Below are positions 37,877 to 47,512 of a stretch of 64,000 nucleotides of DNA, in pieces. The notes under the pieces are model-generated. The model worked only from the letters and a program-made list of their open reading frames with translations, searched no databases and had not been told where the DNA came from. The translations under genes and the position numbers were made by a program. This stretch comes from Candidatus Shapirobacteria bacterium. Lineage in GTDB: Bacteria; Patescibacteriota; Microgenomatia; UBA12405. Position 1 is the stretch's first letter. Every line of letters starts with the position of its first letter. The DNA is taken from contig JBBAAS010000001.1 in assembly GCA_041658125.1 (NCBI GenBank), forward strand, positions 15,917 through 79,916, read 5' to 3'.

Positions 37877-39583
37877 ATGTCACAGAAGAAAAACAAACGA
37901 TTAAGAAATCAGGTAATTGAAGTAACAAGCCAATTGAGTAAAGTTACTTTTGGCGTCAGAGATATTTTAAAAGGAAATTGGAAGTTTTTGGTTTTAGTTT
38001 GTTTGGGGATAATAGCGGTTTATTTGAATTCTTTGAAAGGTGATTTTGTATCAGATGATTATGCTTCGATTACTCAAAATCCAAATATCTACGACACAAT
38101 GCATTACTTGAAGTCAATGAGTCTTCCGGGGATGGTGACTCATATTATTGCTAAGTTATTTGGAATTGGAAGTTCTTTGCCTTATCACGCGGCTAGCTTA
38201 GTTTTGTATTTGGCAATTTGTGTTTTAGCTTTTATTTTTATGGTAACAGTGGCAGGAAAACAAATTGCCAGGATTAGCGCCGTACTGTTTGCCTTTCATC
38301 CGATACACGTAGAAGCGGTTTCTTGGATATCCGGCAGACCATATTTATTGACAACCTTTTTGGTGTTAATATGCTTAATTTCGATGATTCTGTATATGGG
38401 TGGACGAAAGAGAAAGAAATATTTGTATGTAGTTTTTATTAGTATGGTTTTAAACTTTATTAATGATCCGTTCAGGGGTTTTGCTTTGTATCTCTTGGTA
38501 ATGTTAATATTTTTCAGCTTCGGGGATAAGTTTTTTCCAGGAATTAAATTAGGGAGATTTTTTTTATATTTTATGGTTGTTTTGATAGTGACGTTTGCGA
38601 TAGTGTGGCCACTCGCCAAAACCAGGATTTCAGTGGTTAATGGGGGATATAACGCAAGTGAAAGTGTTTTTTATCAGCCGTGGTTTCAATATCCGACAGC
38701 GATAACAAAATATTTGCAGTTGTTATTTATTCCGGTAGATTTGACCCTGTATCACACTTTATTTATTTTGCCCTTGTGGCTTAATTGGGCGGTGATTATT
38801 TTGTATTTGGGATCATTAGTTTATTTTTGGTTTAAAAATAAACTGGTCTTTTTTGCTTTGGCTTTTGTCTTTGTAGCTTCTTCACCCTCGATGTTACCGG
38901 TTAAAGTAAGCTGGTTAGTAGCGGAAAGATATGTGTTTTTTGGATCGGTAGGATTTTGCTTATTGTTAGGAATAGTAATAAACAATATTTTTGTGAAAAA
39001 TAAGTGGGTGGGGATATCGATTTTAGGATTGGTGGCTGGGATATATTTTTTTAGAACATATTTTAGAAACGTGGATTGGCAAACTAATCACAAGTTATGG
39101 GTGAGTACCTGTCAGGTGTCTCCTAATAGTCACAATGCCTGGAATAATATCGGAGATGATTATGACAAATTGGGACAATATGATAATGCCATAAAAGGGT
39201 TTACACAGTCAACGGTAGTAAAGCCAAATTATGCTGATGCTTATCATAATCGGGCAAATATATTTTTTAAAACAGGAAGATTGGACTTGGCTAGAGATAG
39301 TTATAATACGGCTTTGGGTTATTCTTCGGGGTTGTTTCAGACTTATATGAGCTTGATACAGATAGACTTAATGGAAAAAAGGGCTGATTTGGCGATACAG
39401 GATAGTCAAAAGTTATTGAATTTGCAACCGAATAATCCGCAAGCGTGGTATGTGACCGGAGTGGTTTTTGCCAATGTGGGAGATAGGGAAAATGCTAAAA
39501 TGGCGTTTAAAAATGCTTTGACAATTATGCCTGGGTTTACTCAAGCACAACAAGCGTTAATACAACTGTTGGGAGGAAGTTAA
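37868..39583 (+). CDS. TMTC-like GT-C membrane protein with C-terminal TPRs
   Basis: FVSDD, FAFHPIHVEAVSWISGR, AERYVF, RNVDWQT..LW, then TPR repeats (AWNNIG, AYHNRA). The start may be 37877. Confidence 0.85.
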   Translation: MMNMSQKKNKRLRNQVIEVTSQLSKVTFGVRDILKGNWKFLVLVCLGIIAVYLNSLKGDFVSDDYASITQNPNIYDTMHYLKSMSLPGMVTHIIAKLFGIGSSLPYHAASLVLYLAICVLAFIFMVTVAGKQIARISAVLFAFHPIHVEAVSWISGRPYLLTTFLVLICLISMILYMGGRKRKKYLYVVFISMVLNFINDPFRGFALYLLVMLIFFSFGDKFFPGIKLGRFFLYFMVVLIVTFAIVWPLAKTRISVVNGGYNASESVFYQPWFQYPTAITKYLQLLFIPVDLTLYHTLFILPLWLNWAVIILYLGSLVYFWFKNKLVFFALAFVFVASSPSMLPVKVSWLVAERYVFFGSVGFCLLLGIVINNIFVKNKWVGISILGLVAGIYFFRTYFRNVDWQTNHKLWVSTCQVSPNSHNAWNNIGDDYDKLGQYDNAIKGFTQSTVVKPNYADAYHNRANIFFKTGRLDLARDSYNTALGYSSGLFQTYMSLIQIDLMEKRADLAIQDSQKLLNLQPNNPQAWYVTGVVFANVGDRENAKMAFKNALTIMPGFTQAQQALIQLLGGS

Positions 39584-40326
39584 TGAAATTTAATTATGAG
39601 AATAAGCAATATTTGGAAATGTTGAGAAATATTGACTATAAATTTTATTCAAAATATATAACCTATGTTAAAAAATACTTGAAGAATAAAAAAGGAAATT
39701 TTTTGGATATTGGTTGTGGAAATGGAAACGCTTTGGTTCCTTTAGCAAAAAATGGTTACAAAAATACGTATGGAGTTGAGATATCAAGGTTACTCTCTAT
39801 TTCGGCCCAAAAAAGAGGCTTGAAAAATATTTTTTTGTATGATGGAAAAAGATTGCCTTTTGACAACAATTGTTTTGATGTGGTTGGATCTTTTGGGGTG
39901 CTGGAACATGCTGAAAACCCGACAGAATTTCTTAAAGAACATGTAAGAACTGTAAAAAGAGGAGGCTATATAGTGGTAACATGCCCAAATTTTTTAACGG
40001 TATTTTTTAGATTAGAACATCCACGGGCGGATAAATTGTTTAAAAGGCTTAGAAATATTCCAAAAATTGTAAAGAAACTATTTAGCAACGAAATTTCTTT
40101 TGAAAAGGTCAATCCAATAATTAGGAAAAAATTTCAAGCTGATGATGATGTGATAACAATATCGAACTTAATAGACGTGGAAAGATTTTTTGAAAGAAAC
40201 AATTGTAGAATTATTAATTCAAATGGATTTATGTTTCGAAATAACAAGTTTTTGAGGGTGATTGGATCAATACCGTTTTTAAGATATTTTTGGCCTTCGT
40301 GTTTTTTAGTAGCTCAAAAAAGATAA
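39583..40326 (+). CDS. Class I SAM-dependent methyltransferase
   Basis: FLDIGCGNG, LPFDNNCFDVV, VLEH, KRGG. Confidence 0.9.
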   Translation: MKFNYENKQYLEMLRNIDYKFYSKYITYVKKYLKNKKGNFLDIGCGNGNALVPLAKNGYKNTYGVEISRLLSISAQKRGLKNIFLYDGKRLPFDNNCFDVVGSFGVLEHAENPTEFLKEHVRTVKRGGYIVVTCPNFLTVFFRLEHPRADKLFKRLRNIPKIVKKLFSNEISFEKVNPIIRKKFQADDDVITISNLIDVERFFERNNCRIINSNGFMFRNNKFLRVIGSIPFLRYFWPSCFLVAQKR

Positions 40327-40333
40327 AAGCGGG

Positions 40334-41497
40334 TTATATATTCGAATAGTACTGAATAAGATTTTTAATCAGATAGTTCATCGATAGCTTTTTCTTGGCC
40401 AAAATTACTTTTTTAGTGAGAAGCGCTTGTTGTTTGGGATTATAAAGCATTTTAACGGTTTTTTGAGCTAACTTTTTTAAATCTTTATCGATAATGGCGC
40501 AGTGGTAAGGCTTGACGATATTTGAGCCTTCTGAATCGTTATCGTTAACGATGACAATTTTTTCGGCATTGAGGTAGGCGCTAATTCTCATGGGGCAGCC
40601 GGCTTTTTCGGGGCGTCCATCGCCGGAAAGAAAGATACAGGCGTCAACGGCGGAGAAATAGACAGAGAGTTGTTGGTCGTTTTGATAACCCTGGGGACTG
40701 ATGTCAATAATATTTTTAAAGATGACGGGATCAATTTCACCATTTAAATGTTCGTTTTCATAAATCTTTTTGGGGTTGAAGTTGGAAATTAATTTAATAG
40801 ACTTATCGATTTGATAGATATACTCAAAAGTCTTAAGAAAATTGTAAGTACGGCTATGACCAGCAAAAGTTGTACCAATGGCGAAAAGGTATTTGGTATT
40901 TGGCTCAAGGCCAAGTTGTTGACGACAACCTGTTTTGTCTAATTGATCGTAGTGATTAACACTGATGCCATTAATTATTTTAATAACATTGGTAGCACCA
41001 CGTTTTTCAGCCAAATCTGCAAGAAGTGTGCTACAAACACAGTAATTTTTGAGGTATTTTGGGAAAAAGTGTTCGCAAAAATGAATGTAGGCGGTGACGA
41101 GAGGGTGAACGATAAACGCTTCTTCGCAGAGGTCATCCCAATCCATAACAACTTTTTTGCCAAATAGTTTTAAAAATAAAGCCGGAATATTGGATTCAAA
41201 TTGAGAAGGCATGGCGGTGTGAATAATATCGTATGGCTTGGTTAGTCCGAAGATTAAGGCAATAATACCTCTCAAAATTCGACCATTAATGTAAAAGTTT
41301 AGACTGATTCGCGGGAGTTCATAAAGCGTAAAGTATTGATTGATTTTCTTTTTGCTGATCCAAGGAAAAAACTTTTTATCGGAAGTCACCAATAAGTCGA
41401 TGTTAACCCGGTGTGCTGACAGGGCCGTACAGATATTCATGGCCCGATGGTAACCGCCAAAGTGAATAAAACAGGGTTCGACAAAAAGGACTTTCAT
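40334..41497 (-). CDS. GT4-like glycosyltransferase (divergent)
   Basis: GGYHR, DWDDL, NGI, CPMRISAYL (atypical C-terminal motif). Confidence 0.75.
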   Translation of the reverse strand: MKVLFVEPCFIHFGGYHRAMNICTALSAHRVNIDLLVTSDKKFFPWISKKKINQYFTLYELPRISLNFYINGRILRGIIALIFGLTKPYDIIHTAMPSQFESNIPALFLKLFGKKVVMDWDDLCEEAFIVHPLVTAYIHFCEHFFPKYLKNYCVCSTLLADLAEKRGATNVIKIINGISVNHYDQLDKTGCRQQLGLEPNTKYLFAIGTTFAGHSRTYNFLKTFEYIYQIDKSIKLISNFNPKKIYENEHLNGEIDPVIFKNIIDISPQGYQNDQQLSVYFSAVDACIFLSGDGRPEKAGCPMRISAYLNAEKIVIVNDNDSEGSNIVKPYHCAIIDKDLKKLAQKTVKMLYNPKQQALLTKKVILAKKKLSMNYLIKNLIQYYSNI

Positions 41498-43060
41498 TTA
41501 TTTAATAATTTGATATTTTTTAGCGGCCTGGAGACGATGAGTTTTTAGCTCGCCGAATTTTAACTGGGAAAAAAACATGGTGAGCAAGTTTTTGGTAATT
41601 CTAAGTAAGTAAAAGAAATCTTCGCGGTTGTGAATTTTTCTGATAATGGCCAAGGGATGAGTTAGCGGCCAAAGTAATCGGTTAATCATTAATTTTTTAT
41701 CGGCGATATTTCTTAGAGAATGAAGTTCTGCGGCAGAGAAATATTTGTTGCCGGCACCAACATATCCGGAAAAAAGCTCGCCAATGTGGTTTTTAGAAAG
41801 TTGAGAGGGGTGAATGATATTTTCCTGAAGCATGATTTTAGTAACGTCAGTTTGAGGAAAGGGGATAAGAAGAATAAAGACAACAAAATCAGAATAAGAC
41901 TGAATGGCATATTTAAAAGTGGTCTTAATTTGATTTTTAGTTTCATAAGGAAAGCCGATGATGTAGGTGGAAAAAATCCAAAGACCAATATCTGAAGCAG
42001 TTTTGATAATCTCTTTGACTTTTTTAAGGTCGAGGTTTTTACGGATAAATTTTTGTGTTTCAGGGTGACCACTTTCAATACCAAAAGTGAGGCGATAACA
42101 ACCACTTTTTTTCATTTTTTCTAAAAGTGGCCGATCCAAGGTCCAAATAGCGATGCCATTAGGCGTGGTCCACTTGATATCGATTTTCTTAGCAATAAGA
42201 AGATCGCAAATTTTTTCCAGACGTTCCCTGCTAACTGAAATATTATCGTCCAAAAAATGAATTTCCCGAACGCCATAACGATCGATTACGGATTGAATTT
42301 CTTCAACGATCCTTTCGGCACTATAAGGTCGCCAAATTCGTCCCCAGATGCCGGGAACGGCACAATAAATACAATTACCCGGACAACCCCGACTGGTGAT
42401 GATTTCAGTTGATGGTGTTCGATAAGCATAGGATGAGGCATCGCGAGAAGTATTGAGGTAAATGTCCATCGGAAGTAGATGACGAGCCGGAGGAGGTAGT
42501 TGATTTAAGTCGGAAATATGGGGTCGGTTAGGATTAAGAATGAAATTTCCTTTTGAATCACGAGTGGCAGTGCCGGCAATATTAAAAACATTTTGGTGTT
42601 CAGATAGCTTTTGAGCAATTTCGAGCATGGTTTCTTCCCCTTCTCCGATAACAACAAGATCGACAGATTTTTGGGAAAGGACGACCTTGGGAAGAATGGA
42701 AGCATGGGAACCGCCAAGAATAGTTAGGATTTTTGGGTTGACCTTTTTAGCCAGCTTAGTGATTTCGTAAGCATCGGTAGCAAAGGCGGTGAACATTGAG
42801 GAAACACCAATTATGTCCGGTTGATAATACTTAATTTTTTGAACAATTTGGTTAGGAGTAAGGCCAACACGGATAGCGTGATGGGCTTTGATAATAGTGT
42901 TAAGACCTTCGGCGAGGACATCGATAATGGCGACAGAATAACCATGAACTTCAAGATAGGCGGCAACACTGGCTAGACCCAATGGGGGAACGCATCCGGG
43001 GGTAGTAGTGTCCCTTTGGCGAATGGTCATGGCAGGGCAAAAGAAAAGAATTTTTAACAT
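41498..43060 (-). CDS. Cobalamin-binding radical SAM enzyme
   Basis: PPLGLASVAAYL, GGSHAS, GEGEET, TSRGCPGNCIYC, DDN, GIESG. Confidence 0.93.
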   Translation of the reverse strand: MLKILFFCPAMTIRQRDTTTPGCVPPLGLASVAAYLEVHGYSVAIIDVLAEGLNTIIKAHHAIRVGLTPNQIVQKIKYYQPDIIGVSSMFTAFATDAYEITKLAKKVNPKILTILGGSHASILPKVVLSQKSVDLVVIGEGEETMLEIAQKLSEHQNVFNIAGTATRDSKGNFILNPNRPHISDLNQLPPPARHLLPMDIYLNTSRDASSYAYRTPSTEIITSRGCPGNCIYCAVPGIWGRIWRPYSAERIVEEIQSVIDRYGVREIHFLDDNISVSRERLEKICDLLIAKKIDIKWTTPNGIAIWTLDRPLLEKMKKSGCYRLTFGIESGHPETQKFIRKNLDLKKVKEIIKTASDIGLWIFSTYIIGFPYETKNQIKTTFKYAIQSYSDFVVFILLIPFPQTDVTKIMLQENIIHPSQLSKNHIGELFSGYVGAGNKYFSAAELHSLRNIADKKLMINRLLWPLTHPLAIIRKIHNREDFFYLLRITKNLLTMFFSQLKFGELKTHRLQAAKKYQIIK

Positions 43061-43061
43061 T

Positions 43062-44522
43062 TTATTGCCTTGATTTGGCGGTTAATTTTTGGAAAATTTT
43101 AACAAGTAACTGACTACGGCTAATAAGAGAATGACTAATATCGGAAATTGGTTTAATTCTGGTGATAAGATAGAAAAAATATCCAAGATTACGGCCAAAC
43201 CTAAATTGAAAAAGTTTTTTTTCATAGAGGTTAAAGCCGATCTTCATAATATCATGTCGCTGAGTTTTGGTGAATTTGGTAGTTTCAAAAATAGGAGTGT
43301 TGTCCCGATAGGAAATGTTTTGAAGATAAGTTTTAGAAGGAACTAAAAACTTGGCATTTTTAATGGCCCAATCATAGACCGAGGTGCCTGGATAAGGAAC
43401 TAAATTGTAGAAATTAACGAAATTAGTGGGAAGGCTTTGAGCAAAGATTAAAGTTTCTTTGGCATCGGCATAAGATTCGTCCTGGTGGCCGATAATAAAA
43501 TTGACGGCATTTTTGATGCCGGCCGTGTTGGTCCAATCAATAGTTTTGCGGACCTGATCAAGTCGAATATTTTTACCGATAGTATCGATAACTTTTTGGC
43601 TGCCGGATTCGCAGCCGTAAGCGATAAAAAAACAACCGGCCTGTTTGAGTTTAAAAAGAAGTTCTCGGTCAACCCGGTCGACCCGAATACCATTGTAGAG
43701 CTGAAATTTAATTTTGAGATGGTGGTTGATGATCAGATCACAGATATCTTTGGCTCGTTTTAGATCAAGGGTGAAGCAGTCATCGTTGATATCAAAAGTG
43801 TGATAACCCTTTTTGTGCCAATATTTTATTTCTTTAAAAACATTGTCGGCGCTACGGGGTCGAAAACATTGTCCCATCGATAGACGGACGGAACAGTAAT
43901 TGCAGCCATAGGGACAACCGCGGGAAGTGATAATGGGAATAGTGTTTTCCCTAAAACAACCGTATCGTGAAAGGTCAAAAACATCAAAATCGGGAAACGG
44001 AAGCTGATCCAGATCAATAAGATATTTGTTTTTAGGATTGAGAACGATCTGGTTTTTATTTTTCCAGATTAGACCGGGGACTTGAGAATAATCAGGTTTT
44101 TTTTGGATAAATTCTTTTAAGAATTTAAAAAAGGTGTCTTCGGCTTCACCAATAATGGCAAAATTTACCCCGGTGGATTGAATGATTTGTTCACGAACAG
44201 CAGAAACATGGGGTCCTCCAGCAATAATAGGGATGGAAGTGTACTTTTGAATATTTTTGACTAGTTTATCCATAAAAACCGAGGCATAGCTAAAACCGGT
44301 TACCCCAATAATATCCGGCTTAAAATTGTCGATAAGGTAATAAAGCTTTTGGTGATTGGTTTCAACGCCTTCGTCAAATACTCTTACCTGATACCCCTTA
44401 GATACGAGAAACGATGAAAGATAGGCAATACCGACGTGAGGATAGAGAGGAGGAGCAACATTGTTGCCGTACATTGATTTAACCTTGGGAATAGCAAAGA
44501 GTATTTTTTGGCTATTTTTCAT
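43062..44522 (-). CDS. Cobalamin-binding radical SAM enzyme
   Basis: PHVGIAYL, GGPHVS, GEAE, TSRGCPYGCNYC, DDCF, GCESGS. Confidence 0.93.
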   Translation of the reverse strand: MKNSQKILFAIPKVKSMYGNNVAPPLYPHVGIAYLSSFLVSKGYQVRVFDEGVETNHQKLYYLIDNFKPDIIGVTGFSYASVFMDKLVKNIQKYTSIPIIAGGPHVSAVREQIIQSTGVNFAIIGEAEDTFFKFLKEFIQKKPDYSQVPGLIWKNKNQIVLNPKNKYLIDLDQLPFPDFDVFDLSRYGCFRENTIPIITSRGCPYGCNYCSVRLSMGQCFRPRSADNVFKEIKYWHKKGYHTFDINDDCFTLDLKRAKDICDLIINHHLKIKFQLYNGIRVDRVDRELLFKLKQAGCFFIAYGCESGSQKVIDTIGKNIRLDQVRKTIDWTNTAGIKNAVNFIIGHQDESYADAKETLIFAQSLPTNFVNFYNLVPYPGTSVYDWAIKNAKFLVPSKTYLQNISYRDNTPIFETTKFTKTQRHDIMKIGFNLYEKKLFQFRFGRNLGYFFYLITRIKPISDISHSLISRSQLLVKIFQKLTAKSRQ

Positions 44523-45537
44523 TAAAAGATGGTTTTAGAAATATAGACTTTCTAATTTTAGCAATTAGATTTTCATGAACAAAAATATATGGGAATATTT
44601 CCTTGTCAGAACAAACTCTTTGTTGTTGGATGTGTTTTCTTTTAAGCTTAGTTGATTTGAGTGACGACAGGTTCCAGAGTATTCCTTTTATAATTAGAAA
44701 AGACTCGTTAAATTTACCAGTGATAAAAAGATAAAGAGAAAAGAAGAAATAAATAGTAATTTGTCTTGGTAAGATCTTCAAGAGATTGGTTGTTTCCAGG
44801 TTTTTTATTAAGGAGAGGATGTAATTTTTAGTACCATGAAATCGAAGATTGTAAGTGGCAAAGTTTTTATTTAACAGTTTAAAACTACCGGAAAACCCAT
44901 GATAAACAATTGATTTTGGACAAAAAAAGGTTTGATAGCCTGAAAGCCAGGCTCGCCAGCAAAGATCAGTTTCTTCCATATAAATAAAATAGTCCGGATC
45001 AAAACCGCCGATTTGATCAAATACCTTTTTGCGGATAAACATGCCGGCTGATTTGGCGGCAAAGATGGGAACTTCTTTGTCGTGTTGGCCGTGATCGAAA
45101 TCGCCGTAGGTGGCCCGATGAGAGAGGAGACCGAATTGATTTAGATAGTCTCCGGCATAATCGAAATACCGGGGATGATTGATGAGAAGCAGTTTAGACT
45201 GAAGACAGCCGATTTTTGGATTTTTAGTAAAAAGGGAGTTGGCGGCAATTAACCAATTTTTATCAACCTTAGTATCGTTGTCAAGAAAAGCTAAATAGCG
45301 ACCGGAAGCTATTTTAGCGCCTTGATTGCGGGCATAAGAAGGACCGAAGTTATCGGTGAGGGTAATAATTTTTATCTGAGGATATTTTTTTTGAATAATT
45401 GATGAAGTATTGTCAGTGGAAGCATTATCAACGACGATAATTTCGTAGTTCCGGGTTTTAATTTTTAAGATTGACTGAAGACAGGCTTCAAGTACTTTCC
45501 GACCGTTATAGTTGACGATGATGATTGATACCTCCAT
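44512..45537 (-). CDS. GT2 glycosyltransferase
   Basis: VSIIIVNYN, VDNASTD, FLDNDT, GGFDPDYFIYMEETDLCWR. Confidence 0.92.
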   Translation of the reverse strand: MEVSIIIVNYNGRKVLEACLQSILKIKTRNYEIIVVDNASTDNTSSIIQKKYPQIKIITLTDNFGPSYARNQGAKIASGRYLAFLDNDTKVDKNWLIAANSLFTKNPKIGCLQSKLLLINHPRYFDYAGDYLNQFGLLSHRATYGDFDHGQHDKEVPIFAAKSAGMFIRKKVFDQIGGFDPDYFIYMEETDLCWRAWLSGYQTFFCPKSIVYHGFSGSFKLLNKNFATYNLRFHGTKNYILSLIKNLETTNLLKILPRQITIYFFFSLYLFITGKFNESFLIIKGILWNLSSLKSTKLKRKHIQQQRVCSDKEIFPYIFVHENLIAKIRKSIFLKPSFNEK

Positions 45538-45539
45538 GG

Positions 45540-46328
45540 TTATTTTTTTGTTAAGATAAGGTGGTAACGAGTGGCAAATCTTTCGTCTTTGTCAATGGTA
45601 TCAATTAATAAACCGCTTATATTAGTTATAAAAAAGATAATAGGACAAGTAACTAGTAATAAGATTTTAACGGGAACAGCTCCTTCAGTAATTTTCCTAA
45701 TTATATATTGGTTAATGATTGTTGCCAGTGACGTACCAAAAAATGATTTGACAACAATAGAGTTAACTCGAAAGTTGTTTTTATTTGCTAATTTTGTTAA
45801 ACATGATTTGGTATATCTGAAGTAATCATAACCGGTATCACCACCATGATCACGATAGATAAACGGTACGGAAATAAGGCATACGCCTCCTTTTTTTAGA
45901 ACACGTCCGGCCTCACTAAAAAATTTATTAGGGTCACTGATATGCTCCAGAACTTCAAAGGCACAGTACGTATCAAAAGTTTTATCTTTGTAAGGAAGAT
46001 TAAGAGCATTACAAACCCTGTCGACACTGTTTGTAGTTTTCGACTTTCCGTAAAGGTAGCTGGTGATTAATCCCAAGGCGCCTGATTTTTTATTATGATG
46101 TTCAAAGATCGTCTTCCAGGAAGAATAATCGGTTGAAATATATGAATGAATATTCTTTCCATATTGTTTTAACACCCGTTCTTTGGTTGAACCATTACCA
46201 CAACCGGTTTCGATTACTTTTCCTTTAAACTTTTTATATAATATTTCATTGGCGAAATCAGCATTTCTAAATTCTAACCAGTGAGGATAAAACGGTGTCC
46301 CTGTTAGTAAAAATCTGATTATATTCAT
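45540..46328 (-). CDS. Class I SAM-dependent methyltransferase (type 11-like)
   Basis: IETGCGNG, LPYKDKTFD, EVLEH, RVLKKGG, VPF...DYFRYT. Confidence 0.9.
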   Translation of the reverse strand: MNIIRFLLTGTPFYPHWLEFRNADFANEILYKKFKGKVIETGCGNGSTKERVLKQYGKNIHSYISTDYSSWKTIFEHHNKKSGALGLITSYLYGKSKTTNSVDRVCNALNLPYKDKTFDTYCAFEVLEHISDPNKFFSEAGRVLKKGGVCLISVPFIYRDHGGDTGYDYFRYTKSCLTKLANKNNFRVNSIVVKSFFGTSLATIINQYIIRKITEGAVPVKILLLVTCPIIFFITNISGLLIDTIDKDERFATRYHLILTKK

Positions 46329-46369
46329 AAATATGCTTTGGGTAAGTTAAAGAGTGTTAATAACAGAAG

Positions 46370-47512
46370 TTAATCAAAAACGGGGTTAAGCGAGCAGCAC
46401 CTAAAACAAGCAGGAATCAATCGATTTTTTTTGATGTATTTTTGAAATTTTTGGGTTTTTTGACTATGCCAAATGTGGTCTAGGGTATTTTTTTGAATGT
46501 TGCCAAGAATGTAGCCATGACACATTTCAACGTCACCGTTACCACGAAGATAGATTTGGTTGAACGGTGAAGTGCACTTAGAGTGAATTGAAGGAAATTT
46601 GCCGGTATAAAAACTATCAATATCGGTGGTGTTTGGAAAACTTACGCGCAAACGGGTGTGTGAAGCAGCTAGTTTTTGTTTGATAGTATCAAGTTTCTGA
46701 GAGATTAATTGTCTTTGGAAACCATCAAAATAAATTTTATTTGAGCCGTTGTCTTCTCCCCAAACATCAGAGCCAAAGTTTTTGGTTTGACTCAACTTTT
46801 CCTGTTGTTTTTTTATAGAATTATAATAATAGAAGTGATGGCTAATGGACCATTGGTCAACCCCAAGACTTTGAGCGATATTAAAGATTTGATCAAAGTT
46901 TTCAAGATTAGCCTTAGAGATGACGGTGGCAAGACGGATATTAGGGAGGATATTTTTTCCTCTTAATTTGACAATTTTTTCAATACCTTTAAGAATTTGA
47001 GTAAATGAGTTTTTGACTAAACCGCGCTCATATTGAGTTGGTTCGTCGGGACCATCGAGAGAAATAGCTAAAAAATCCAGACCAGAGTCTATTAATTCGG
47101 GAGCTATTTTTTCAAGCAGAAGACCATTGGTAACCAAACCTTTGGTCATTTTTTGGCGGGTAAGATGGTTGATGATTTTGATAATTTCCGGATGTAAAAG
47201 CGGTTCGCCGCCGGCCAGAGAAATAGATGGCGAATATGGGGCTATTTGATCGAAGAACGGAGCCAATTTTGAATACGGCATTTCAGTTAGATTTCTTAAG
47301 CGGGATTGTGCAACGTGGCACATGGGACAGTTAAAGTTACACTTTTCCGTGATAAAGCAGTTAATAAATCGAGGGTACGGTGTTGGTTTATAGCGATTGA
47401 AAGAATCCTGAAATTCATGCCAAGCAGTTTTGGGATATTTGTAGGCGAGGATAAATTTTTTGTGAAAATCGATATTAATCACGGTTGTAAGAGTTAATAA
47501 TAACTTTGGCAT
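46370..47512 (-). CDS. Radical SAM enzyme with SPASM/twitch domain
   Basis: CNFNCPMC, GGEPLL, TNG, ISLDG, and C-terminal C..PF...NGDV..C...LGNI...W...C.RCC. Start at 47512 or GTG 47482. Confidence 0.9.
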   Translation of the reverse strand: MPKLLLTLTTVINIDFHKKFILAYKYPKTAWHEFQDSFNRYKPTPYPRFINCFITEKCNFNCPMCHVAQSRLRNLTEMPYSKLAPFFDQIAPYSPSISLAGGEPLLHPEIIKIINHLTRQKMTKGLVTNGLLLEKIAPELIDSGLDFLAISLDGPDEPTQYERGLVKNSFTQILKGIEKIVKLRGKNILPNIRLATVISKANLENFDQIFNIAQSLGVDQWSISHHFYYYNSIKKQQEKLSQTKNFGSDVWGEDNGSNKIYFDGFQRQLISQKLDTIKQKLAASHTRLRVSFPNTTDIDSFYTGKFPSIHSKCTSPFNQIYLRGNGDVEMCHGYILGNIQKNTLDHIWHSQKTQKFQKYIKKNRLIPACFRCCSLNPVFD

